Source of the DNA: Lama guanicoe
Lineage: Eukaryota
Direction: 5' to 3'
DNA: 64,000 nt
Assembly (NCBI GenBank): GCA_013239625.1
Contig: MU055600.1
Location: forward strand, 8,806,738-8,870,737
Part shown: positions 1 to 11,670 of the stretch, one piece after another
Numbering within the stretch: the stretch's first letter is position 1
Layout of the letters: every line of letters starts with the position of its first letter
Notes under the pieces: model-generated
The model's database searches: none
What the model saw: only the letters and a program-made list of their open reading frames with translations
Told to the model about the DNA's origin: nothing
Program-made: the position numbers and the translations under genes

Positions 1-1014
1 CATGGGGAAGTGGGTAGACAGATGGGTGAGTGTTGGATGGGCCAAGAAAAGCAAAGTATTCTAAAATCAAATTCTTTGATTTGCAAGGAAAAAGGAATTG
101 ACTTAAGGTATCCCAGGTAAAGAATACAGTCAATACAAGGATAAGGTAAGTCTGCAAATTCCAGCTAGGAAAGGAAATTCAACCACATTTTACATGAATA
201 GAAATTAATCAAATGCTTTAGGATCCAGAGGTGACACTCTCTCTGGTCCTCAGAGGACACGCGGAAGCCTATTTATAGATCCTCAAGAATGCCTGCCCAG
301 TCTTTCCCCTTGGAGGACAGACTGTTTATTCTTTATCTTGCCTGTGGCTTCACCCAAATACAGCTTCCGCTTTCCATTGGCAAAGCTCCTTTCTTACACA
401 TCACTTGCCACCAGCCAGCCTATTGATTGCTTCCTCCTGAGTTAAGGGCCTATGACGGTCTTAGACACCCATGCCCAGGGATAGGGTCACACAGTAAAGA
501 GAACTTTTTGTTCCAGGGGCTGGAGACAGGGACTATTTATATGATCAGAAGGAAGATGTTCCCTGACAAGGAAGACAAAGGACACAGCTAATGTAAAACG
601 TCATGCCAAGTTGAGGAAAATGAAGGACAGAAACATTGAGAATGTGAAGGAAATTGCTTGGCTGGAGTGGACAGTGGTCTAAGGGAAATTCTTCCTAAAA
701 CAGGAAGAATTCGACGAGAGTAGGCAGGACTTTGAAATTCAAGAAAATGATGAGAAAGAAAATAAGCCCTGAAAATGCAAAAGAAATAGGATAATAAAAT
801 GTTGGCTGTTAACGCTGGGGAGAATGTTCAGGTCTTCAGGTGTGATGAAACATCACAGGTCTGCATGTGGACGGAGCGTCTTAAATTTTAGATCAGCAAG
901 CAATCAAGCAGAAATGTGGAAGAAACTTTATATATTGTGCTAATTGACCTTCAAGAAAAGAATTTGGTTCTTCATGGAAATTTTCTAACACCAGAGCCTG
1001 ACGGAAAAAAGGGG

Positions 1015-1205
1015 CCCAGGCCTCAAGTTTCAAATTCAGCTTTAATGTTGGCTAGAAAGCATTTTATTTAAGTTCTTGCTTTAGTTATTCAGTCTGTTAG
1101 AACAGAGGGGCAGTGCTTACATCAAAGATTTGTTTTGAGGGTTCCTGCCATGTGTGTAATACCCAGCATGTGGTAGATGTTTTATAAATGTTAATTCCCT
1201 TTCCC
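1015..1205 (+). mobile_element. MIR/MIR3 SINE, decayed
   Basis: Degenerate MIR core (agttattcagtctgttagaa...gttttgaggg...cccagcatgtggtagatgtttataaatgtta). Boundaries approximate. Confidence 0.6.
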
Positions 1206-2462
1206 CTCCTAATCTTCTTTAGATCTAGGTCCATATTAATTCTCCTTATCTACTGGGAACTTTTTTAAAAAACTGTGGGTGGTTCAAGACTCATGTCAGT
1301 CTAAACATGGTGAGAGGGAAGGGTAAGGCTCTTTGAACAGAGAGGATGGCTGAGAGGCTGGTGATGGCTTAGAACCAGCAATGAGGCATCGAGCCATCCA
1401 TGCTCACTGCTGACACCTGTACTCTTATTATTGGGATGAAGTAAAGAGAAGTGCCCCAGACCACACAGCCCCGATTGTGTCGGAGTTCCTTTCCTGGAGA
1501 ATTTTCCGTTTTGCTCTCCTTATGAGCCCCTGCAAATGGAATCAGGCTGCGCGGCTTTTCTAGACCCTTCAGAAGGGAAGACTGATAAAAATTAGTTGCA
1601 AATGAAACCGTGCCCTCTGCTTTTGTGGAGTCCCTTTGTAAGGGGAGAAATGGCAGAAGTGACTAGATCCTTCTTTACTTAAACTTTTGCAAGAGCCTGA
1701 AGTTGTTACTCTGGAAATCCGACCTTATGCTTGTTTGCCAATGATGTGTTTTCTTTGCCTTGTGCCCACCGGGCTTGGAAGATCATGAACTCATGGGACG
1801 CAGGGAAGGAAGGGGAACCACCTACCCTTCAACTTCTGCTTATCCCTGGGTGCCACCAGTGGCCCCTGCCTGTCCAAGTCCAGGTCACTCTCGGAGCTCG
1901 CTTTCCCAGGGATTTGCCCCACTTGTCGCGGAGAGGGAGCTAGATCTGAACACTGTACCATCAGTGTCATAGGAAAGAAACCCTCCCTACAGGGCTCCTT
2001 GTTTTCCTCTGCTTGACGGAGTCCTGCTAAATACAAGTCTCCTGATGCAGATTAAATGGTCCCCTCTGCTCTCTCTGCTTTGGTCTGTTAGTCACCAAAT
2101 TAAATGCTACATTGGAAAGAGTCAGAGGCCTACAGGTAGCTTGTTTCAGAAGATAATGAGGAAATCAAACTACAAATCTACATACTTCAGTGCCTGTTCT
2201 GTGCACACATTCCATGGAAGCTCTGGGGGCGATAGTTAGCATCTACGATTTATTCAAAGATTTGTAAATTTTATTTCCTAGCACCTAGTCTTAAACTGTG
2301 CCCAAAGCAGGACTCAGGAATTCTTAGCTGGATGAACAGATGCATTTGAAGAGCCCCGATGAATTTTGCTCTGGAGATACTAAAGGCTTGAACACTTCAG
2401 CTCCTGAAGACACTCACACTCAAGTTACGTTCTTTTTCAAAAAAAAAATGCTTTAAAAATTC

Positions 2463-2528
2463 TATTTAATTATTTTAACAGCTTTGAGGAGGTATAATTC
2501 ACACATCGTAAAATTCACCCATTTAAGT
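2463..2528 (-). mobile_element. Old L1M (L1MB/MC-type) 3' terminal fragment
   Basis: ttttaacagctttgaggaggtataattcacacatcgtaaaattcacccatttaagt resembles the reverse complement of L1MB/L1MC 3' ends. Confidence 0.7.
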
Positions 2529-2844
2529 CATGCTTCTATTCTTGACCCAAATTTCGCTGTTATGAAAGGGAGGAAGAGCACTTTGCTGATTAAATCTATC
2601 GAGGAATTTAAGGAGGTTAAAGGTTATCATTAAAACTGCAATCTCCTAGGATCCCGGAGCAGGGCTTTTTTCAAAACCCCTTGGTCTCAGAACCCACTGG
2701 GCTGTTTTTTTCTCTTAGAAGCCTGGGCTCCCGGCAAGAGAGCTCCCCCTACTGTCAGGCTGTGGAATGAAAGGATGGCTATAGCCATGGTGTGCAGCCC
2801 TGTACCTCCAGACGCACCTGAGAGTTCTTACCTGAACAGCCTAG

Positions 2845-3003
2845 CAGATCTCGACATCAGGAGTGTCTGAAGTGCAGATTCCTGGGTTCCACCTCTAAAA
2901 TGCCTGGTTCTCGGAGGGCTGGTGTGGGCCCAAGGAAACTGTATTGTAGACAAGCTTCCATGGGGATTCTGGTGTTGGGTGATCCCAGACACTATTCTGA
3001 GAG
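2845..3003. mobile_element. MER5-family hAT-Charlie DNA transposon
   Basis: tgcagattcctgggttccacc...tgtgggcccaaggaaactgtatt..acaagcttcc..ggggattctg is a typical MER5A/B body. Confidence 0.7.
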
Positions 3004-3845
3004 GCTCTGAATGAACTTACAGCAACATCAAAATGATTACAGGCTGGAAATGTTGACCTCATTGGTCTGAGCAGTTCTAGTTTTATCAGCCTAAAGTGGC
3101 CCTTCTAGTGCTTCTAATGAAAGACACACTTGCACAAAAGGAAAAGTAAGCTAATATGGATACAAAAAGAAAAGCAATATAGAAGGTAAATACGTATAAT
3201 TTTCTTATGAAAATAATCTTTTTTAAAACAAGGCCATGGCTTGTTTTTAAATATATCTTGAAAATGTTAGCTGAGCCTAGGTCCCTGCTGGGAAATGAAT
3301 GGAATAGGAAATTCAAGCCTAGTCTAAAATACAGAAGCATTTCCAGTGACTAACAGTCTCCAGCCACCTTAGTTAAGGAAGGACTTCCTATCGACAGGAA
3401 TAATTAGCTTTCGAAATAACCGTTGAAACAGAAACAGAGGACACTAGCTGACGAACCTGCTCTGCGTAGTTAGATATCCCGCCAGGAATTTGCATTGTGC
3501 TTTCTGCTCAGGAATAAATGCGCCTTTATCGTTTGTCCCGGCCTCCCCTATCCTCACAGAGCCCCTTCCGTGCCAAGAGAGATATGAAAAAAAAAGGCCA
3601 AGTGATCTGCTATTGAAGCTGGAAGAAATATCTCCCTTCCAGTGACCTTCCCAGATAATGAGCAGATATGGTTTTGTAATATAAAGGGAATAAATCAAGG
3701 GACCTTTCAGGGAAGCGGGGCAATAGCAGTGGAGTCCAAGACCATCAATTCCAAAAGCAAAGGGCAGAGGCACCTTTCCCTATAGATCAACGTTAGACTA
3801 AGACAAGATGAGAGACATTACCCACTCCCCAGAGCGGTGGGGGGG

Positions 3846-4280
3846 TTAAAAATAGATCTGCGTCCCCCTCCGCCTCACTCACCCCCGACTTGCTCTGAGT
3901 TCTGGAACTAATCTGGGAGAAAATCACACCTTCCCAGGATGTGTCCCTGGCTCTTCTTTTCTGCCGATTGAGCTAATACACAGTTTTGAGAGAGGGGCTC
4001 TCTGTCTTTAGCTTATTTAAAAAAAAATTTTTTTTTTGGCCGTGAATTCGTTGCTGGACACAGGTGCCAGATCGGTGTCATTTTGAAGGCTTCTGTTGAT
4101 CTGCAGAGCAGCTCTGCCCTGCTCCTCATCTTCATCTGCAACTGCTGGTCTCTCTGTAGAGGCATGTATTAGGGATGGGGGCTAAAAGTGGAGCCATCAG
4201 GTGTTAAGGGCCTGGCAGACCACTGGGTGAAGACAAGTTCATGGGGCATCTCTGCCCTAGACCTACTGCTATCACGTGAT
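3846..4280. promoter_or_regulatory. Candidate regulatory element (MEF2 site, palindromic E-box)
   Basis: TTAAAAATAG at 3846-3855 fits MEF2 YTAWWWWTAR. ATCACGTGAT at 4271-4280 is a USF/MiT-type E-box. The DNA is non-repeat with some retained CpGs. Motif evidence only. Confidence 0.3.
3883..3912 (-). other. Candidate 30-nt minus-strand exon (or donor of a longer 5' exon)
   Basis: Minus strand reads TGATTTTCTCCCAG|ATTAGTTCCAGAACTCAGAGCAAGTCGGGG|GTGAGT. Two frames are open (ISSRTQSKSG, LVPELRASR). Peptide not recognised. Confidence 0.2.
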
Positions 4281-4431
4281 GCACTTGTTACTGTGCAGTA
4301 AAGCTACACACCAAGGAGAACAAAGAGGCGGCGTGTGTTTAATTTAGGAACGATGTGTGATACATTCAGAATCAGCACATAGATAATTTTGATAACAATA
4401 ACTGCCATTGTTTTCCCCTGCCTTCATAGAG

Positions 4432-4717
4432 TTTATTTATTTTTTAATTTTTTATTGGTGTGTACTTGATTTACAATGTTGGTTTCAGGTGTACAGCAAA
4501 GAGATTCAGTTATGCATATACATACATACGTATTTTCTTTTCAAATTCTTTTCCATTATATGTTATTACAAGAAACTAAATATAGTTTCCTGTGCTGTAC
4601 AGTAGGTCCTTGTACATCGATTTTAATATATAGTATTAACATGTGTCTGTTAATCCCCAACCCCTAATTTATCACCCCCCCACCATTTCTCCTTTGGTAA
4701 CCATGGTTTGTTTTCCA
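4432..4717 (-). mobile_element. Cetartiodactyl L1 3' UTR, 5'-truncated (older subfamily)
   Basis: T-rich tail then ttgatttacaatgtt...tcaggtgtacagcaaag...gtttcctgtgctgtacagtaggtcct...ctcctttggtaaccat, the reverse complement of an L1_Art-type 3' end. Confidence 0.85.
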
Positions 4718-4723
4718 TCCTGC

Positions 4724-5468
4724 TTTTTTTTTTTTTAAATTGAAGTATAGTCAGTTATAAAGTGTCAATTTCTGGTGTACAGCACAATGCCCCAGCCATA
4801 TATATACATACATGCATTCATTTTCATATTCTTTTTCATTAGAGGTTATTATAAGATATTGAATATATTTCCCTGTGATATGCAGAAAAAAATTGTTTTT
4901 ATATGTTTTTATATATAGTAGTTAATATTTGCAAATCTCAAACTCCCGTATTTACCCTTCCCACCCCCGTTCCCCCGGTAACCATAAGGTTGTTTACCAT
5001 GTTTGCAAGTCTATTTCTGTCTTGTAAATGAGTCCATTAGTGTCTTCTTTTTTCTCTTTTATTTTTCTTTCTCTTTATGGCTTACTTCACTTACAATGAC
5101 CATCTCCAGGTTACTGTAAATGCCATTANNNNNNNNNNNNNNNNNNNNNNNNNNNNNNNNNNNNNNNNNNNNNNNNNNNNNNNNNNNNNNNNNNNNNNNN
5201 NNNNNNNNNNNNNNNNNNNNNNNNNNNNNNNNNNNNNNNNNNNNNNNNNNNNNNNNNNNNNNNNNNNNNNNNNNNNTTTTAAATTTAGAGTTCCCTCTGG
5301 ATATATGTCCAGGAGCGGGATTGCTGGATCATACGGTGAGTCTATTTTTGGTTTTTTGAGGCATTTCTATACTGTTTTCCATAACGGCTGCACCAAACTG
5401 CATTCCCACCAGCAGTGCAGGAGGGCTCCCTTCTCTCCACAGCCTCTCCAGCATTTGTCATTTGTGGA
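4724..5468 (-). mobile_element. Younger L1 3' end with ORF2 C-terminal fragment, broken by N gaps
   Basis: Poly-T, then the 3' UTR aattgaagtatagtcag.... Positions 5277-5468 correspond to the L1 ORF2 cysteine-rich [18 protein letters not shown] region on the minus strand. Confidence 0.9.
5129..5276. other. Assembly gap (N run)
   Basis: Run of n inside the L1. Confidence 0.99.
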
Positions 5469-5666
5469 NNNNNNNNNNNNNNNNNNNNNNNNNNNNNNNN
5501 NNNNNNNNNNNNNNNNNNNNNNNNNNNNNNNNNNNNNNNNNNNNNNNNNNNNNNNNNNNNNNNNNNNNNNNNNNNNNNNNNNNNNNNNNNNNNNNNNNNN
5601 NNNNNNNNNNNNNNNNNNNNNNNNNNNNNNNNNNNNNNNNNNNNNNNNNNNNNNNNNNNNNNNNNN
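5469..5666. other. Assembly gap (N run)
   Basis: Run of n hiding the L1 5' junction. Confidence 0.99.
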
Positions 5667-5669
5667 GGC

Positions 5670-5882
5670 TGTTCACTGATACCTATGTGTTGGGCATTGT
5701 GCCACATCTCTAGTTCATCAGCCCTTAAAGAGGTCTGTCCTTAGGCCCATTTTACACACGGTGATGCAGAGGCTCTGTGAGTGTGAGTGGCCTGCTCTGG
5801 GTCACACAAGCGTGGATGATATTAAGTGAAGCATATTTCACTCGGGGCTGTTGACCCCAAGCCCATTCTTTTAAGCACGACT
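5670..5882 (-). mobile_element. MIR SINE
   Basis: cccattttacacacggtgatgcagaggctctg...gggtcacacaagc is the reverse MIR core. Confidence 0.75.
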
Positions 5883-5919
5883 TACGCAGGACACAGCAAG
5901 GTACGTCCCTCCTTGCTTT

Positions 5920-6295
5920 ATAAACCCCATCCATGTGGCAATGGTTTTATTTTCTCAAATATGCTGTAGTCTCTCCTGTGTCTGAGCCTTTAAACTTGCC
6001 ATTCCCACTGTCTAAACCTTCCCTGTAACTGCTCATTCGTGGGGTCTCACTGGAAGCGTCACTTCTCAAGGAGCTCACACTCCTCCCTCTACAATGGGAA
6101 CACAGCTGGCATGTACCCCAGCCATGGCACTTAGTACCTGTGTTACAGTTCTCTGAATGTGCACATCCGTCTCCATCTACGGACCGGGGGCCCCAGGACG
6201 CCAGGAGCCATGCTTATCTGCTCCATCATCGTGTCCTCCCTGCTTAGTACCAGGCCTGGCACAAAGCAGGTACCAAATGAATATTTGTTAAATGA
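5920..6295 (+). mobile_element. L2 LINE 3' end
   Basis: Ends with cttagtaccaggcctggcacaaagcaggtaccaaatgaatatttgttaaatga, the L2 3' terminus. Confidence 0.75.
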
Positions 6296-8019
6296 GGGCG
6301 CGCTTAATGGATGTTCTGTGAACAAAGCTTCCCTTCTCTTCCATGTCCTTTATGCCAGTCTCTGTGCTTAATGAATAGGTGTATCCGTTAATCCCAAACT
6401 CCTAATTTATCCCTCTCCTGCTTTTTTTTTTAAGTGATCACACAGACCCTTTCAAGAAAAACTTGTTTTAATCACAAGTCCTAAACTTTTGGAAATGCTG
6501 GTTTGACATTAAAGGACTAATCATACTCTATTTACAAACCACCCTCACATGTTTATCTGTATTTGTCCATTTATCTTTCCTATTAGCGTCCTTCAATTTG
6601 CTATATATACGCAATAAATTAACTTTCACCTTATGCTGTTCTGTGATTCACACTCCTGTCCCCGTGGCCCGTCTTCCTGCGGAGTTAATGTACCATAGGC
6701 GAGCATTCTCGAATCTCCACTAATCTCTGTGCACAGCGTTGCCATGATGGAGACCAGAAAGCTAAATGAAGCCTTCCGATTTTGTAACAGTCATTCCGTT
6801 AGCTCTTTGCTCTGCCCCCATCACCTTATCTATTCCAGTTTTCCTGGTTTTCTGCTTATCTGTCTTTCCAGTCTCGTTGGAACCAGCATTTGTAGCCCAT
6901 GGGTTTGTGGCGTTCTGGGTGCTGAAGCAAACCAGATGTGTTTCTGAAATATGTCTTAATCCACCTAGGTTTTTAGCACAAGGCCATTCATCTTGTATCT
7001 GGCGTAAAAGGGATCTCCAGGCACCTCCCCAGGGAATGAGTTTGATTCAAATGATGTGATGATAGGAGAGGTAGACAGATTACGCTCTTGTCACCACCCT
7101 GCAGGATCCCACGCTCTGAGGAGAAGGTCAGAGCTCAGCACCTCAGCCCTGTTCCTCCACCCAATCCCATCCCATTTCCAGGGGTTAGAGACCAGGTGGA
7201 AATGGTCCTTATGCCTTCTTTACCATTCTGCCATGAGGGATGACAGCCTTAACCCACCCTCCCAGAAACAGATGCATCCGGAGCTGTATTTGGGGAGAAG
7301 GGAAACGAGATGAAGCCGAACTTTCTGTGGCCCAACCCTTCTGTGTTTCATGAGGAGTGGTTATATTGGGGCTGTTCTTTTCCAGTGAGTGCATTTCTCA
7401 ACCAAACATCAGATTAGACAAGGGACAGTGAATTAGCAGAATTCAAGGACCAGAATATTGCAATATTCACATACAAAATTTGGTGGTATTCACATACAAA
7501 ATCTCCTAAGTGCAGAATAACCAAGCTATCTCTCTTTCCTTTCTCCCTGCTCCCCTCCTCTCTTCTTCCTTCCCCTCTTTCCCTTCAGTCCTCCCAAAAT
7601 CAAGGCACCATGTATAAGAGACTGTCCGATCTGCTCCTGCCAGACAGCGCCTTCCTTTCAAAGACACACTGTTCCGTGAACTTGCTGTCTTTCTCTCTGT
7701 ATCTGTTAAGAGCAGAGACTAAACGCATTTAGAGAATGCATATCTATATTATGTGGATAATAATATAGCCTGTCTCTTATTTTATTATATGGTCTCCATG
7801 CAGCCCTGGGTAGCCCCGGAGCAGGACTCCTCCTACTCAGTCTCCAGTCTAGCTGTGCTTGCCAAGGACTCTGACCAAAGCCGAGGCATCGGATAAATGT
7901 TCAGATCAGTTCCAAAGCGTTTCCTTTTCTACAAACTTGCTTAGGGACACAAAAGCGTAATCCAAGGCAGGAATAAAGGCTTTCTTTCTAATTGTAGATC
8001 ATATCTGGTGAGACTATAC

Positions 8020-8230
8020 TGAGAAGCGAGGGGAACGATGCCCCCTTTGCCTCCCTGACAACACTCATCCGCGTCAACCTCAGTGTCAGAGCATGAAACG
8101 CCGCACGCCTGGAGCGCGGGTCTGTCCCTCGCGTGGGTGCGGGTGTCCCTGCATCTTGGTCTTGTCGGGGCGGGGGCTCCCCTGCTCTCTCTGGGGAGGC
8201 GTATACAACTTGACCGCAAGGACTCCTGTC
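8020..8230. promoter_or_regulatory. Small CpG-rich patch with GC box
   Basis: Locally dense CpG in a CpG-poor window. GGGGCGGGGG (Sp/KLF) at 8167-8176 and half-CRE GCGTCA at 8071-8076. Too short for a classical CpG island. Confidence 0.3.
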
Positions 8231-10595
8231 TTTCTACCTCTCCTGTGCTCTAAACTGCAAGCTGTCACTAAAATCATGCTGAGAATTTTGCTAATCACGC
8301 TGTGCTGGGACTACTGCTGTTCCCTTCAAGACAAGAGAAACCTCATCACGAAAGCAGTGTTAACAGAACAGCAGCTATCACACTAAATGATCATGATGCC
8401 TTCAAATTGTACTAGTTTTATAGTGTCATTGCTCTAAACATGCTATCGTGTTTGTGTAGATTTCGACATTATTATTTTTAAAATTAAACAAACAGCTTGA
8501 AGGGAACGTTTATCTTTGAAGGGGATTTGTGCTCACTTCAGGTTTGAGAAACAGCCTTAATGAATATTGTCATCCTTTTTTTTTTTTTAATGCTTGTATG
8601 GCTTGTGTGCCTAGCTAGATTACAAGATTCTTGCAGGCAGATCCCAGGAATCATGTGGTTTTGAAATCCCAGGGTGTCCAGGAATTTAAGTGATGCTAAC
8701 ATGGCTTTGATTGGTTCATGGTACCGTCTCCGGTTGTGTGCTGATGTCTGGGTTTCTCTTTACTCCGTAGTTGTTCAAAGGTGGAGGGAGCTGGGTAACG
8801 AATAGCAGGAAGAGGGCACCTATTTCAACTCTGCTGTGTCCCTTCTTGGGTGCAAAGGGCCCCTCCTGGAGCTTCCTGTGGGGCTTTGATGTCCACGCCC
8901 CTCCCAACTGGATGAGCGCCCCTCACATCCTGAAGGCATCCACTGGCCTCTCCCCAGTGTCATCTTCCATCCTGACGTTCAGCTGTGGCTGCGCAGCTTT
9001 ACTGCTGCTGAGAGCACCAGGATCTCTGCATAAAGTGGTTGCTTTGTTTGCATCCTTTCACCCTTCCAGCAGAGCTGACCTTTCAGCTTGCCCACTTCGC
9101 CAAGCTCCAGAGAAGAACCAAATCCAACCTTCATTTTACCTGGCAGTGGTGGCTCTCCCCCATTCCTCTCCCTCTCTCCCTTCTCCCTTCTATCTTCCTT
9201 TTCCTCCTTTAGTTTTTGGTTTTATTTTCTTCCCTGGAGCTCATTTGGAAGCCAAAAAGAACAAGAGAATGCATGACACTAAGTTTGAGATTTATCAGAA
9301 AGCTTTCACTGCAGAATGATGGCATGGGAAATTGCATCATCCGTGTGTCTGAGGAGGAGACAACAGATGGAGAAAATATTTATGTATTGATGGACTTTTA
9401 AGGACTTGTATCTGCTGTAAGGAAAAGACAAAAGTGAAAAAGGAAAAGAGGAAGAAAGATAAAGGAAGGCAAATACAAGTGTGGTTGGATACCTAAGGCT
9501 TCTGTTTACCTCTCCAGGAAATACAGAAGCTGGTCTCTCCTGTCCCCGTTCAAAACAGAATGAAACATTCAATGCACTATCAGATGAGACATGCAGAAAA
9601 TTCTCTCCTATGTTTCATGTCAAGCCCAGGTTATCATGACAGCTGAGCAGCAGAGAAACAGGTATCCAAGAGTCCCTGAGAAAGCGGGCCTTTTGGGTTT
9701 AGAATGAGCAAAAAATATAGGAAAATGGCACACAAAAAAAGCTTGCAATCTCAAAACAAATAGGGTTGCCTGCCTTCTTCAAGGGACAATGGGCATCATA
9801 GCCATTTCTTAAAGATCTTTTTTTTTTTTTTTTCCGGAGGTAAAATACCATTTGTTCTAGATTGGCCCCCAAATTTCCTTCTTCCAGATACTCTTCCCTG
9901 ATTGGCTGCCCAGCCCTAAGCACACTGAGGTGCTTCCTGGCCCCTCATCTTACTTCCTGTGCCTGTGTCTCTTTACATGCTTTCCCACCTGCTCTTTGAT
10001 CTTAGCTTCTTAGCTCCCATCTCCTCCCAGCGACTGCTTGACTCCCCGTTGAACTGGCTTTTCTCCAGTGCGGAACTTCTTGCTTCCCCCTGACTAAGGA
10101 AGGGGGAGGCAGCCTGGGGCAGAAGGACCTACCAGGACAACTGGCCAGCCTTGACACAAGGGGACTTGTTTCCTGAGAGATGGCCCCTACAAAAAGATGT
10201 CTGTTAAAGTGACAATGAGCGATGGCGGCCTGGGGCTGGGGTTTTCCCACACCGTTTAGCTTTGAGTCTGTGCACCTTGGATGCACTGTTCTTGTTTGGT
10301 CATTGGGAGCAGCACATCCCCCGAGGGCATCTGGAAACAGTGGCCGTGGTGGGGTCCATTGTAGCAGATTAGAGGAAGGAATGGAGAATATTAGCCTTTC
10401 ATGCCAGGGGCTAGGCGTGACAAACACTCTGAGGTATGCAGAAAAAGGCTCACACAATGAGGTCTGTCACTCACAAAATTACATGAAAACACACACACAC
10501 ACACAAGAAACAAGACTACATAGCCATTTTCTCACAAAATTCTCAGGCTCCAGGTAAGGTTTGCTCTGAAACCTTCCAATCTCTTTTCTAGAGCC

Positions 10596-11670
10596 CATTT
10601 ATTCATGCACAGGTCTTCTAGAGGAAGCACTATGCACTGAGCCCTGGGGATGTGCTTGTGAGTACGGTGGATAAAGCCCCCTGCCCTTTTAGGCTCAGGT
10701 CTGGGGGAGACATGTGAACGAGGCAGAGACATTGCGGCTCAGTGTTACGGGTGTTGTAAGAAGGGACGTCCAGGGTCCTGGGGGAAGGAATGGCAAAGAT
10801 TTGACCTGGATTAGGGTGGCCAGGAAAGGTTTTCCTGAAGCAGCACTTCCTAAATGAAGAGGTGAGGATGAGCAGGAGTTCTGGGGGTGAGAGAGAGGGC
10901 ACAGAGTGCTGAGACAGGAGGGGAGGGGGCAGGGCACAGCCATTAAAAGAATAACACAGCAATTAGCACCAAGATGGTGCAAGATTCAACTCCCAGTAGA
11001 CCGTGAGCTTCATTACACGCTCATTGTAATGCAATAGCTGCTGAATGGCACTCCCACAGGCGCCAGGACAGTTCCTAGGCTGACCATAAAAGGTCAAAAA
11101 GTGGGTGATGGCCCAATTCCTGGGAATCCCAGCCCCTTCCCCAAAGGGGTTGGAATAGTCCACTTGTTAGCATATGAAGTTACTGAGCCCATAAAAATGA
11201 GCAATCCCCACACCTCGTGGTTGCTCTCTCTTGCTGTTTGAGACAGCCTTCACTTTGCCTTTGGAGTGTGTATCTCTCTGAATAGACATACCTTTACTCA
11301 ACTATGTTTCACTCTTGAATTCTTTCTTGCTTGGAGCTTGGTGGGGCGTGTCCCAGGGGCTCACCCAAGACCTGGGACGGGACCATCCTCGCATGCCCAA
11401 TTTTTCCTGCATCAGTGGTACCTCCGTGTGGAAGAGCTCTGGAGGATGCAAAGGGAACAGCACATGTGAAAACCTGGGGGTGACTGATCTCAAGGTGCAG
11501 TCAAGAAGAGCTGTTCAGTATGGCTGGATCCAGGAATGCAGACAGAAGAAGGTAAAGGACCTGTTGAGACTGGACAGATAGGCAGAACCCACCTTATAAA
11601 TAATGGTAAAGAGTTTAGTCTTTATCAAGAGGGTAATTGGAAGTCACTTAAGGGTTTTAAGCAAGAAAAT
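10596..11670 (-). mobile_element. L2 LINE split by an LTR insertion
   Basis: catttattcatgcacag...aggaaaggttttcctgaagcag on the left. It resumes after 11414 with gggaacagcacatgtgaaa...ttggaagtcacttaagggttttaagca. Confidence 0.75.
10910..11414 (+). mobile_element. ERV1 solo LTR, MER41-like
   Basis: TG...CA ends (tgagacaggag...cctgcatca) and a near 4-bp TSD (gtgc/gtgg). MER41-type blocks: ttgttagcatat...ccataaaaatg...cttgaattctttcttgc...gggacc. Confidence 0.8.

Noticed and set aside
2741-2757. CTCF-like motif AGCTCCCCCTACTGTCA
   Set aside because: Mismatches at core positions; it cannot be supported without PWM scoring or ChIP data.
5077-5744. ORFs of up to 200 aa around the gaps
   Set aside because: Artefacts of N runs; the real bases are L1 sequence.
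8771-9319. 182-aa ORF
   Set aside because: Starts at a non-ATG codon, is driven partly by a CT-rich low-complexity tract, has no domain and no convincing splice sites.
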